From positions 37,138,001 through 37,202,000 of the forward strand of contig OX597829.1 of assembly GCA_951406725.2 (NCBI GenBank): a stretch of 64,000 nt of DNA. Reading direction: 5' to 3'. Below the pieces are notes generated by a model. That model saw only the letters and a program-made list of their open reading frames with translations. It was not told the DNA's origin and ran no database searches. Of the stretch, positions 51,990-64,000 are shown piece after piece. How positions within the stretch are numbered: the first letter of the stretch is position 1; each line of letters opens with the position of its first letter. This DNA comes from Octopus vulgaris. Taxonomy: Eukaryota. The position numbers and the translations under genes are program-made.

Positions 51990-52239
51990 ACGTGTCGGTG
52001 GCACGTAAAAGCACCAACCGATCGTAGCTGTTTGCCAGCTTCCTCTGGCCCCTGTGTCGGTGGCACGTAAAAAACACCCACTACACTCTCGGAGTGGTTG
52101 GCGTTAGGAAGGGCATCCACCTGTAGAAACACTGCCAAACCAGACTAGAGCCTGGTGCAGCCTCCATGGCTTACCAGATCCCGGTCGAATCGTCCAACCC
52201 ATGCTAGCGTGGAAAACAGATGTTAAATGATGATGATGA

Positions 52240-52243
<4 letters not shown>
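51990..52243 (+). mobile_element. Family B (GAT)n-tailed repeat in (TA)n
   Basis: GTGGCACGTAAAAGCAC...GGCGTTAGGAAGGGCATCCA...CCCATGCTAGC...(GAT)n. Confidence 0.8.
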
Positions 52244-52289
<46 letters not shown>

Positions 52290-52302
<13 letters not shown>

Positions 52303-53200
52303 TTACTATTCTTTTATTAGTAGGATCAACAAAAGAAGTTCTGCATCCACTGAGAGATAAATATCTCACAGTATTTAAACATTAGCTGCTAATAGTTTTA
52401 TGCTGTGAAAACACAATAAATTCGGCAGATTTATATATCATGCCTTGTGTCTCGAAGCAATCCTTCAGGCTTAAATACACAACATGGCTGGTCTTATTTT
52501 AAAAGCCAAAAAAGAATGCTGGTCTGTGAGAAAACACAAGAAAAGGTGAGCAGAAGGTGAATGCAAAAGGTGGAATGAGAAAAGGGAGAATAAGAAAACA
52601 ATAAACAAATAAAAGCGGTAAAAAAAAACAAAGGAAAACCAAGAGTTGCATCCCCTTTGTTGATCATCATAGTATAGCAGGTATAGAATAGTTCAACAAG
52701 AAGGAGGCCAAAGTCTGTTAACAGCATGTTTAATCCAGAGAGGGTAGTGTGCAGTTTGACAAAAGAAATTTCTCCATGTGTTTGCATTTTCTAAAAATTT
52801 CAGATCTGGAATTAAGAAGTGTGGTGGAATTTATGGATCTAAAATATGCAATGCCTTTTAATGGAGTTGGCAGATTTTGCACAATATGCAGTAACGAGGC
52901 ACTAGCTATTTTGAGGTGCAAGGGTAACTTGATTAACAAATTTGATGAGATCATAGTTAGGTGCTTGCTTCTTATATTGAGCATTCTTGTATAAAACCTA
53001 TTGATCAATAGGATTATTTATCAGACTAATTGTGGTATTTCGTATTTAGTTTTTGATTGATTTTATTAGGGTTCCTTAAGTGTATTTCTCTATTATCCTT
53101 AGCATTTTATTGTATTTTATGTTATACTTTATATTTAGTATTTTATATTTTACCTATTATTAGGTAGACAAGTTTTTCCAGTTATTGATTTGGTGTGAGA
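52290..53200 (-). mobile_element. Naiad-type PLE 3' fragment
   Basis: LLNSRSEIFRKCKHMEKFLL C-terminal motif on the minus strand. Confidence 0.6.
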
Positions 53201-53784
53201 AATTAATCTGTATCCATATGTTGGTTGTGTTATCTGTATTTGACTAAGTTCATGTGTACATACAAGTATGTGTATGTTTCAATACTTATGGAAACATATA
53301 TATACACGTGTGCAATTATGTACTATTATTTTTACATTTGTGTATATATTTTGTGGGTGCATATATTTACATTTAATTTGAATACCTTAGAGGATATTGC
53401 CTTTTGTATACATGTGTATGTACATATCTGTTAGTTTTTTTTTTGTTTGTTTGTTATACATGTAGATTCAAGTAGGGATATTTTTATATATCAGTATATA
53501 TGTTTTATATGCAAGTACTTACATATGTTTGTGTGTATGTATGTAGTTATATTTACTGGATAAACTATGAAAATCACATTTATTTATCTATCTATGCTTG
53601 TAGGTATGAAGATGAACATTGAAATCCATTTCTATATTTATATATGTATTATGTGTATAAATTTATGTGTGTATGTATGAGTGCATGTATATGTATGTAA
53701 GTGTAGATGTATGTGTGTGTATATATATAGAGAGATACTCATATATATATACACATACATATGTGCATGTCTATATATATATAT

Positions 53785-53823
<39 letters not shown>

Positions 53824-54229
53824 ATAGTTTCATTAAGGGATAAAAAATATCCAATGAATCACTGGTTTATTGCCTATTATTTTGTTGTGAATAGTAATAT
53901 TCTTAAAATAATAGGTTAAAGTATAAATCTTGGTTTATAAATATTCAAATTAAAATTCAGAAAATGGAGATGTATCATTAATATAATTTATTAACTGCAA
54001 AAATTAGACATGTTCTCTTAGAGCTGTTGCGTTTCAGCCCAAAGAGTTCAATTCCAGTAATTAAAACATTTTTATTGGGCAAATAAATTACTGGAATTTA
54101 ATTCTTTGGGCAAAAACACAACAGCTCTAAGAGAACATGTTGAATTTTTGTAGTTAATAAATTATATTAATGCTTCATTTCTATTTTCTGAATTTTAACT
54201 TATATATATATATATTTGTGCATAAATAT

Positions 54230-54429
54230 GAACGAGGTAACTGTTTATACGTAGCTATGGTTTTGTATATATTCACACATGTATATTTTAGCTTGTGTTT
54301 GTATATTTATATATATTTATTTATACACTATTTTATCTGCAATATTGAAGACAGCACAATATAGATAAATGTTTGTAAAGAAAGTGGGAAAGTGTTTGTG
54401 TGTATATTACATGATAACATAAGTGTGTC

Positions 54430-54463
<34 letters not shown>

Positions 54464-54875
54464 TAAATGACATTTTATGACATTTTACTCTTTCATGTTT
54501 AAGGAGATTAATTTGATGTGTCATAAGAAAGACTTTTAAAAAGATCTAAATGAATTTTGTTTTATTTTCTATTGGTCAGTTAACATATATCCTTTTGGCA
54601 TTTCAAATGCTTAGCAATTCACTCATGAAGGATTATCTCATTTGTTTGAATGGAGTTAACATATATTTATGAGGTGTTCTAAATCTATATTCCATTGCAT
54701 ATTTATCTTTTAAGTTGCTTTTGTCAAATAATGATGTCTGACAAGGTAAATGAACAATAATAATTATAATTATATTTTATTTTATTGCATATCAATATAT
54801 GTGGTACAGAATATATAATGCTTGCTTACTGAAACATTGTAACATTGATTTGCATTTCTCTTTTCCTCATCTTAA
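54230..54875 (+). repeat. Local direct duplication, copy 1 (copy 2 at ~57935-58510)
   Basis: Long colinear near-identical stretches, e.g. CTATTGGTCAGTTAACATATATCCTTTTGGCATTTCAAATGCTTAG. Confidence 0.9.
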
Positions 54876-55481
54876 TTATTATTATACTCATCTTAATTAT
54901 TATTACACTCAGCAAAGCATATCTTATGCCTATTTGACTATACTTCAGATTTGCAAAGTGCTTCCCTTAATAATCTATTGGAGTTTAACTGATGTTTATT
55001 CTGTTAACTGAAAACTATGTTAACCAGTTTCTTACATGAAATGCTAACAAGGTGAAAGCTTGGATTTACAATTATCCCTTCAAATTCTGTGTGTGTTCAC
55101 ATCTGTAGCACATATATAGGCTAATGATACAACTATTGAGTACAATTTAGTGTGAACTGTATGAAATAAACTCTTTTCTACTTTTATTCAAAATATATTG
55201 CTCTATAAGTTCATTTTACCTGATTATGTACATAGCTGTTGGTTGGCTCCACCTGGATTAACTTCTCTATAATAACATCCTGGTATTTAACAAGTTATCA
55301 TCAACTGTGCTCTTAAATACTGTGGTTGTGTGGTGAGAAATTTGCTTCCCAACTACATGGTTTTGGATTGAGTCCCACTGCATGACACCTTGGACAATTA
55401 TTTTCAACTTTAGCCCCAAGCTGACGACAGCCTTGTGAGTAGATTTGTTAGACAGACACTGAAAGAAGCCTGTTATATATA

Positions 55482-55692
55482 CAGTAATTCCTCGACTATT
55501 GCAAGTGTTACATTTCAAAACTCTCCGCAATAGGTGAAAATCCACAAAGTAGAAACAGTACTGTACTATATATATTTTATTATTTTGTATATATCTATTT
55601 TATTATAAATGCAAGGCAACACCACAAAGGAATCAACATATGCTTAAATAATAAACCACAATAAGTGAACCACAACTGGCGAGGGATTACTG
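55482..55692. mobile_element. Tigger/pogo-like MITE
   Basis: TIRs CAGTAATTCCTCG / CGAGGGATTACTG with TA flanks; splits a family A SINE. Confidence 0.7.
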
Positions 55693-55876
55693 TATATATA
55701 TATATATATATTCTTTTACTCTTTTACTTGTTTGAGTCATTTGATTGCGGCCATGCATTCTTTGTAAGCCCAGTACTTATTCTATCGCTCTCTTTTTGCC
55801 GAACCGCTAAGTGACGGGGACGTAAACACACCAGCATCGGTTGTCAAGCAATGCTAGGGGGACAAACACAGACACA

Positions 55877-55946
<70 letters not shown>

Positions 55947-56419
55947 TGTGTGTGCATTTTGTGTTTGTATTTGTCCCCCATCACAGCTTGACAATCAGTG
56001 TTGTTTGCATCACTGTAAGACAGCCATTTGGCTGATAAAATAAATACCAGGCTTAAATAACCATTACTGAGATTGATCCATTTGACAAGAATAAAACCTT
56101 CAAGGTGGTGCCACACTACAATAACTAATAAAAGATAGAAGATATATACACATACACACAAAACACAAACACTCATCTCATACATATATATATGACTGAA
56201 TTGCTTTGGAGCAGGATTTTATTGATAGAATCTCATCCAACACAATGTCTATAAAATCCTGCTCCAAACCATTGTATCTCCTCCAAGCTGGCACAGGAAA
56301 ACAAGTGTTAAATGAATAATTGAATACACATTTTCATACTTGCATGAACGCGTGCGCATACACACACACACATACACACGTATTTATGCAGATGTGATTG
56401 AATGCATATACATATGTAT

Positions 56420-56890
56420 ACATCATCATCATTCAATGTTTGTTGTTCGTGCTTGCATGGATTGGATGGTTTAACTGGGCTGGCACGCTGAAAGGCTGCA
56501 TCAGACTCCACTTTGATTTGGCATGGTTTTCTATGGCTGGATGCCTTTCCTAACGCCAACCACTCTATGAGTGTAATGTGTGCTTCCATGTGTGTGACAC
56601 CGGTGTGTTTATGTGTCACCGACATGGGTGCCAATTTGCATGACACTGGTATCTGTTACAACTGCAATTTTGCTTGGTTTGATGCGTCTTCTTCTCAAGC
56701 ATGACATAATGCCATTATCTCTATGAAGCCCAACACTCAAAAGGAAATCAGTCACCTTGCCCCTGTGAGACCCAACACTTGAAGGGAACTCAGCCACCTC
56801 ACCTCCATGAGGCCCAATGCTCAAAAAGAACTCAGCCACTTTGACTCCATCAGGCCCAATGCTCAAGAGGAACTTGGCCACTTTGTTGTC
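56420..56890 (-). mobile_element. Family B repeat with internal ~38-bp minisatellite
   Basis: (CAT)n start; GCCCAAYRCTCAAAAGGAACTCAGCCAC-like unit x4 at ~56725-56885. Confidence 0.7.
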
Positions 56891-57710
56891 AATTCTTCAG
56901 AGCAAAAATACCTTCTGGGTGAGATGGTGGTGTTATCTCCCTTAAAGCTGTTCCAATTTTGTCAGAAAAAGGGCAGTTTATATACATTTTCCATTTACTA
57001 ATCAGCAAGTGAGGAAGTCCATTTTTCCAACAAGAACTTTCCCTCATGAGGGCACGAGAGCATCAACTAAACACTTCACTTTTGGAATTCAAGAAGGTCC
57101 CTGGATCAGGTGAATTTTTTAAGATCCATGTCCTCTTGACCAAGCGAAGTTTGTATTATCTTCTCCCATTGAGATATGGTTCCAGCTGTTCTAAGAGCTT
57201 CCACTTAATTGTGTATGGCATTTCCCCTTCTTTTAAATACCATATGTAATTGGCTAAATATATGGCATTTAAAGTAGAGGAAATGCCATGCAAGTTTAAA
57301 TGGAAGCTCCATGAACAGCCTGGACCATTATACCTCAACAGGGTAAAGATCTTAATAAAATCCCTTGATCTGAAAGTTTTCTTAAATTCCAAAAGTGTAG
57401 TTTTTAGTTTGTGCCCTCATGAAAGAAAATTCTTGTTGGAGATATAGACTTACCCATTTCCTAACTAGTGAATGGAAATTGTACATAAACTGATCATTTT
57501 TAGATAACACTTGAATCTCACCCAGAAGGAGTTTTTGCTTTGAAGAATTTCATTTCAGGGTTTTTATTTTTCACACCTTTGCTGACGAATACTATATTCT
57601 TACCACCATTAGTAAAGATTATGTGCCTCCAGCCAGCAGGTCTGATGATTTGTCTATAGATGTGAAACCAATGGTAACTTTCTGGCCAGACGTAATCAAT
57701 GGCTACATAA
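56890..57710. mobile_element. Head-to-head inverted Naiad-type PLE 3' ends; right arm ends in an HHR (57632-57686)
   Basis: LANYIWYLKE...IKWKLLE and LNSKS.VFSLCPHERKFLL on opposite strands, centre ~57250; GCCAGCAGGU-CUGAUGA...GAA-ACC(AAU)GGU-A-ACUUUCUGGC. Confidence 0.75.
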
Positions 57711-58523
57711 TATATATATATATGAATATAAAATTTGCGGAGATAATTATAATCCCTGTTAGAAACTGCTTAACATAGTATTCAGTTAACTGAATAAACA
57801 TTAAATTAAACTCCAATAGATTGATTATAAAGGGAAACTCTTCGTGAGTGAGTGACTGAGTGTGTGTGTGTTTGTGCATGTATGTCTATATGCATGCATA
57901 TATGCTTAAATATAGATATTTGAGTATAAGTATTAACGAGGTAACTGTATGCTTTTAAATGATTTTACATATATTCACACTTGTATATTTTAGTTTTTTG
58001 TTTGTGTGTATATTACATGATAACATAAGTGTGTCTATATATATAGATGTATATAGTGGAAATTAAATGACATTTTACTCTTTCATGTTTAAGGAGGTGA
58101 ATTTGATGTGTCATAAGAAAGACTTTGTATATGTTTTGATCTTTAAAAAGATCCAAATGAATTTTGTTTTTTATTTTCTATTGGTCAGTTAACATATATC
58201 CTTTTGGCATTTCAAATGCTTAGGAATTCACTCATGGAGGATTATCTCATTTGTTTGAATGGGGTTAACATATATTTATGAGGTGTTCTAAATCTATATT
58301 CCATTGCATATTTATCTTTTAAGTTGCTTGTGTCAAATAATGATATCTGACAAGGTAAATGAACAATAATAATTATTATTTTATTTTATTTTATTTTAAG
58401 GCATGTTAAATATATTTATTATATATTAATATATGTGGTACAGAATATAAAATGTTTGGTTACTGAAACATTCATAACATCAATTTGAATTTCTCTTTTC
58501 CTCACTTTAACTGTTGTTGCTGT

Positions 58524-59778
58524 ATATAGGCCATTTGGGCTAAATTGACGATGTTTATGTTTCCTTTTTTTGTTCCAGGAACAGCTTGATGTATTGGTAA
58601 ACAGTCAGTAGCACTGGAGAGCATAAAGATTAAAGTTGTAGTTGGGGAAAAGTTAGCCGACATGGAGGACTGGAAGCCATCTGAATATTGGAAAAGAGTT
58701 ACCTGTATCATGATGGTTCACACTAGGTATCAAAAAGACATCATGATTGATGCTCTGTGCTCTGGGAATACTACAAAGGCTGTAAGATGTGGCATGGATA
58801 GTTGCAATGGAGACTACAAAGCCTTGACCAGCAGGAAGAGACACCGCAAGCATTCTGACTATATCTGCACACTGGAATTCAACCAACTGCAGGATAAGAT
58901 GATAGAAGATCCAAGCAAGAAAATCCTTTAAGCTTTGGCAAGAGGGATGGATGTTGGTGTCACCACTATGAAGCTGGTTCTGAATGAGAACCACTTGTAC
59001 AAGGGGTTCAAGGGACAAATTCTGACAGCCAAGGTCAAGAAGAAATACTTGATGAAGGCAAAGAAGCTGAGGCATGCTGTTCATCTGGAGATGACCTGAA
59101 ACTTCTCAGATGAAAAGAAATTCTACTAGGACCAGTTGCACAACATCTGTAGGTGGTTTACCTACAATCCATATCCCACCTATCATGCAAACTATGTTCC
59201 CCTTAATCTGTGGTAGTCTTTGGGTGTGTCATCTGTGAAGATGTCATGCTGCACCACATCTGTGAACAGAGCTTTAGGATCAATGCAGACAGTATGTGAA
59301 GGTGCTGAAGACTGTGGTCAAACCCTGGCTGGAGACAGTTATTGCAGCAGGATTCAACTCCTTACCATACCTCCAGAGAGAGCCAGAAGTGGTTGTTGGA
59401 GAATTTCTACAATTTCACTAGCCCCAATTTCTGGTCTCCTAATTCCTCCAATTATTATCATATAGATTACTGTGTGGGGGGCATGGATGAGAAAGACACC
59501 AACCACTCTGTCTGCAGCATCAAGGCTGAGATGGTGGCCAAGATGACGAAGATGCTCAAAGATCTTCTCAGGGACACAATGAGGAATGCATGTCCCAGGT
59601 TCTGGAGCTGTCTTGAGGCCATGGTGGAATCTGAGGGTCGCTTCTTAAGTAAACGCTTATCTCCCAGCTATAGTCTAGTTGATACATTTTGATTTTTTAA
59701 TATATTTATATTTTTGGATGGAATATTGTTTTCTTTTCCTTTTTTGCAAACTGTCAAATTTAACTTGATCACCTTGTG
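58524..59778 (+). mobile_element. Tc1/mariner DD37D (maT-type) transposon fossil
   Basis: FSDEKKF; QQD followed by 37 residues then D (counted in ORF 59342-59692); decayed TIR-like ends. Confidence 0.8.
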
Positions 59779-60076
59779 TAAAAATGGATGCATGTGTGTG
59801 TTTATGTATGTATGTGTGTGTATATAGATATATTACTCAAAAAGATTCCAACTTTGTCTGATTTTCATGTTTTATTTACAATCTCATAAAAATATACTAT
59901 AAGATAATATAATATAATGAAATGATAGAATATTGAATGTCCATTCTGATTGAACTAGTACTTTCATGCATTAAACTATGCAATTTTCAGGTTTATATAG
60001 TAGAGGTGACAGTTATGTCTTACAATTTACAACTGTAGCGAGATGACTAAAATGTGTGCCTTAAATACATTTAAAT

Positions 60077-60496
60077 AGGCTTCAGAATGCCATTTTCTCT
60101 AGCGGTGTCATATGAAATTGTCACCCATAATTATGAGCCTAGTATCGATCTATTGCATTTCATTCTATTTTAGATTTAGGGTTAGTTAGGGTTAGGGGTG
60201 GGGGAAAGGGTATATTTGTTTCTTCACAAATGTAAATAAACCCAATCTGTTTCTTAAAGCAAGGACATATTCATACGGCACAGAATGTTGTTTACCTAAA
60301 TGGACGTCAGTGATTGGTTAAAATTGCCAAAATGCAAGAAATTAAAGACGAAATACTTTACAAACTATAGAATTTTCTCAAGAAAGCCAAGAGAAAATGA
60401 TGTTTTATAAACACATTCTACCAGTATACGAAGTTTTAAATATTTTAGTTACCTAGAAATTATGTTAAAAACTACCGTTCAAACCGAAAAGATCCA
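60077..60496. mobile_element. Unclassified ~420-bp interspersed repeat with TTAGGG motifs
   Basis: Higher-complexity block flanked by ATTTAA on both sides; TTAGGGTTAGTTAGGGTTAGGGG at ~60176-60198; ends CCGTTCAAACCGAAAAGATCC. Confidence 0.45.
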
Positions 60497-60625
60497 TTTA
60501 ATATTCTATCATTTCATTATATTATATTATCTTATATTATTATAAGATTATAATTAAAACATGAAAATCGAAGTTGGAATTTCTTTGAGTAATATATTCT
60601 TCTATACACAATCATACATACCATG

Positions 60626-60667
<42 letters not shown>

Positions 60668-60829
60668 TAAAAAGTAAAAGAGTCAAATGGAAGAGTAAGT
60701 ACAGTTAAGCAGCTTTTTAATCACTACAAATGTTTCAATACTTACAGATCCTCATATATACAGAATTTAAAGTTAAGTTTAAATAAAAAATTATGTAATG
60801 ATTTACCTGTATAAGAAGAGCTATATATG

Positions 60830-61792
60830 TACCGGTGGCACATCAGAAACACCATTCAAGCATGATCATTATCTGTGTCACCTTACTGCCAGTTGTGCTG
60901 ATGGCACTTGAAAAAACATTCGAGCGAGGTCGTTGCCAGTGCCGCTGAACTGGATCTTGTGCAGGTGGCACATAAAAAGCACCATTTGAACGTGACCGTT
61001 TCCAGTACCGCCTAACTGGCCCTCATGCCGGTGGCACGTAAAAGCACCTACTACACTCTCGGAGTGGTTGGCATTAGGAAGGGCATCCAACTGTAGAAAC
61101 TCTGCCAGATCAGATTGGAGTCTGGTTCACCCATCCGGTTCGCCAGACATCAGTCAAATCGTCCAAACCATGCTAGCATGGAAAGCAGATGTTAAACGAT
61201 GATGATGATGATGAACATTACTAAAATATATAAAACATGCAATGATAAACTGGAAAACCAGTATAGCATAAATCCAGAGAAGAAGCCCACTCTTTTATAT
61301 CTATATCATTTCCCCCTCCAAATTTTAAAGAGGCCATAGGCCAACAGGTCTTTGGGCCTGAAGATACACCATAAAGGTAGCCTATAAACCAGCCTTCACC
61401 AGTAATATATCATCATCATCATCATCGTTAAATGACCGCTTTCCATGCTAGCATGGGTTGGACGATTTGACTGAAGACTGGCAAACCAGATGGCTGCACC
61501 AGGCTCCAATCTTGATCTGGCAGAGTTTTTACAGCTGGATGCCCTTCCTAATGCCAACAACTCTGAGAGGTTAGTGCGTGCTTTTACATGTCACCGGCAT
61601 GAGGGCCAGTTAGGCAGTACTGGCAGCAGCCACGCTCAAATGGAGTTTTTTATGTGCCACCTGCACAGGAGCCAGTCCAGCGGCACTGGCAACAACCTCG
61701 TTCGAATGTTTTTTTTCACGTGCCACTAGCACAAGTGCCAGTAAGGCGAAGCTAGTAACAATCATGCTTGAATGGTGCTTTTTACGTGCCGC

Positions 61793-61795
<3 letters not shown>
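60830..61795. mobile_element. Two long family B repeats in inverted (tail-to-tail) orientation
   Basis: 60830-61213 (+) and 61410-61795 (-) are reverse-complementary over ~380 bp. Confidence 0.85.
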
Positions 61796-61826
<31 letters not shown>

Positions 61827-62552
61827 CATCAAGAAATAAATATAGTTTCTTTCTAAAGAGACAAAGTGTTAATAGGACTGCAAAAAAGAAGTGCTCAAAT
61901 AAATGAAACAAGGATCATTAAACATTGGTCATAGAACAAACATTAAAATGAATTAGCAACTTTATATACGGTATCAAACCTCCAACATGCATCATATATA
62001 AATAAATATTACCATGGCTTTCATAATATATAAATCAAAATATAAAATATATAAGACATACAAATACAGAAAACCAACAAAGGTAAAAAAATATACATAT
62101 ATGTGAAAAAAACATGTATAGGAACATCCCATCAAAAAGCAACTAAAAATTTATAAAATTCTTAAAATACTAAAAATGTGTCATGTTGAAAAAGTTGAGA
62201 AAATGAGTAAACAAATAAAGAATAAATCGACTAAAAAGTTTTTTTTTTTACTTCACTCACACCAAAAGGTAATAATCCATGAGTAAAATACTTCGAATCA
62301 AAAAATACATCCACACAGACTATAATAATTCATGAGTAAAGTTACTCAGATTAGACTAAACACATCATCTATGGCCATTTCTGGAGCGCATCACCATAGT
62401 TTGATTGCAATTGACACACACACACACCACACACATACATATATCATCATCATTTAACATCCGTTTTCCATGCTAGCATGTGTTGGACAGTTCAACCGGG
62501 GTCTGGGAAGCCAGGAGGCTGCACCAAGCTCCAGTTTGATCTGGCAGTGTTT

Positions 62553-63569
62553 GAAATCCTTAAGCTCTATGGGATACCAGACAAAATCATTTCTGCCATC
62601 AAGGTCCTCTACACAGATACGTCTTCAACCATCATAACCCCTGACGGAGAAACATCATCTTTCTCAATCAAAGCCGGAATACTGCAGGGAGACACACTCG
62701 CCCCATTTCTTTTCATCATTGTTGTTGATTATGTGCTACGTATGTCAGTTGATACCATCTCTGGCAAGGGCTTTGAAATAAAACCAAGAAGAAGTTCCAG
62801 ACACCCAGCTGAGTACTTGACAGACACTGACTTTGCTGACGACATCAATCTTATCAGTGATTCTCTCTCCAATGCCCAGTCTCTTTTACAATCTCTTGAA
62901 CAAGCCTCAAATTGTGTAGGTCTTTACCTCAATGAGGCCAAAACTGAATACATAAACAAGTGCCTATCCAACAGTGATTGCATCATCCATACTCTCAACA
63001 ATGCGCCCTTAAATATGGTTTCTGATTATAAATATCTTGGGTCATACATATCATCATCTGGAAAAGACTTTCTAACTAGAAAGGGTATGGCCTGGTCAGC
63101 CTGTAATGACATGCATAAGATCTGGTCATCAAATCTAAGTAGAGACTTCAAACTTGAAATCTTCAAAGCCACAGTCGAACCAATTTTACTATATGGCTCA
63201 GAAACCTGGACGTTATCAAAGAAGCTTGAGAGGCGGTTGGATGGAACCTACACTTGCCTCCTTATGAGAGCTCAAAATCTCTCGTGGAAGCACCATCCAA
63301 CCAAAATGCAAATATATGGGAAACTACCACCTGTATCATCTCTTGTGAAAGGTAGAAGAGTCCAGTTTGCTGGACATTGTTGTAGAGCTGAAAAAGAAGC
63401 CATCTACTCGCAATACCAGAGGGCGCACACTCTCCTACCCTGATGTAATCTCCAGGGATACAGGCATCCAGCAACAGGACATCCATAATGCCATGATGGA
63501 CCGTGAAGTCTGGCGTAGCATGGTAAATTCCATTGTCTTCACCACGGACGAACAATGATGATGATGATG
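62553..63569 (+). mobile_element. 5'-truncated RTE-clade LINE inserted into a family B repeat
   Basis: GILQGDTLAPFLFIIVVDY, DFADDI, YKYLGS, LLYGSETW; (ATG)n tail; TSD AGTGTTT at 62546-62552 and 63570-63576; host repeat continues on both sides. Confidence 0.9.
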
Positions 63570-64000
63570 AGTGTTTCTACCGCTGGATGCCCTTCCTAAC
63601 GCCAACCACTCCATGAGTATAGTGGGCGCTTTTTGCATGCCACTGGCACAGGTGCCAGGGGAGGCTGGCAGTGGCCACAATTGGTTGGTGCTTTTTATGT
63701 GCCACCGGCACAGGTATCACAACTACAATTTCCATTTGATATTGAGGTACTTGACTCAATAGGTCTCCTCAAGCATAAGAGACAGAGAAATAGAATACGT
63801 GTAATCAAAAATTATACCAGTACATAATGTTGCATTAAATAGTAAGTTAAAAACATAATAAATGTCCAAATGAATGGGAAACAGACGCAGAAGGTTGCCA
63901 AAGCCTCATCAGTTATCAATCAGAGGGTCAAATGCAGTTTCACATCTTAACGATAATATTACTTTCCCTTCTGATAGCAAAATGCTGCCAGGAATTGGCA

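Noticed and set aside
58560-58600. Strong acceptor TTTTTTTGTTCCAG as the next WDR20 exon
   Set aside because: Lies within the 5' end of the DD37D transposon fossil; no WDR20-like sequence follows and it cannot be supported without RNA data
60176-60198. Interstitial telomere or chromosome fusion site
   Set aside because: Only about three TTAGGG units, internal to an interspersed repeat

Overview
AT-rich, microsatellite- and transposon-dense animal DNA. The SINE and (CAT)n-tailed repeat families look like Octopus-type repeats (recognised by eye, not verified by search). The only host coding sequence I can find is one large + strand exon of WDR20 (49966-51219, or to a stop at 51234 if its donor is read through). 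I could not find the upstream WDR20 exons, so the first ~50 kb is probably one giant intron. That space holds tRNA-derived SINEs, RTE/CR1/R4-like LINE fragments, Penelope-like element (PLE) fossils, Helitrons, Tc1/mariner (DD34D, DD34E, DD37D) and hAT fossils, and an internally deleted Gypsy element with both LTRs. The most unusual signal is a dense set of about 15 minimal type-I hammerhead-ribozyme (HHR) motifs in short PLE-derived elements. They include canonical C3-G8 cores and family-level compensatory U3-A8 and G3-C8 cores. One sits in a retrozyme-like 1.5-mer whose end maps within 4 nt of the predicted cleavage site, and six fold-back (inverted) insertions are HHR- or PLE-associated. All folds were assigned by eye, and most short ORFs in the track are microsatellite or repeat artefacts.
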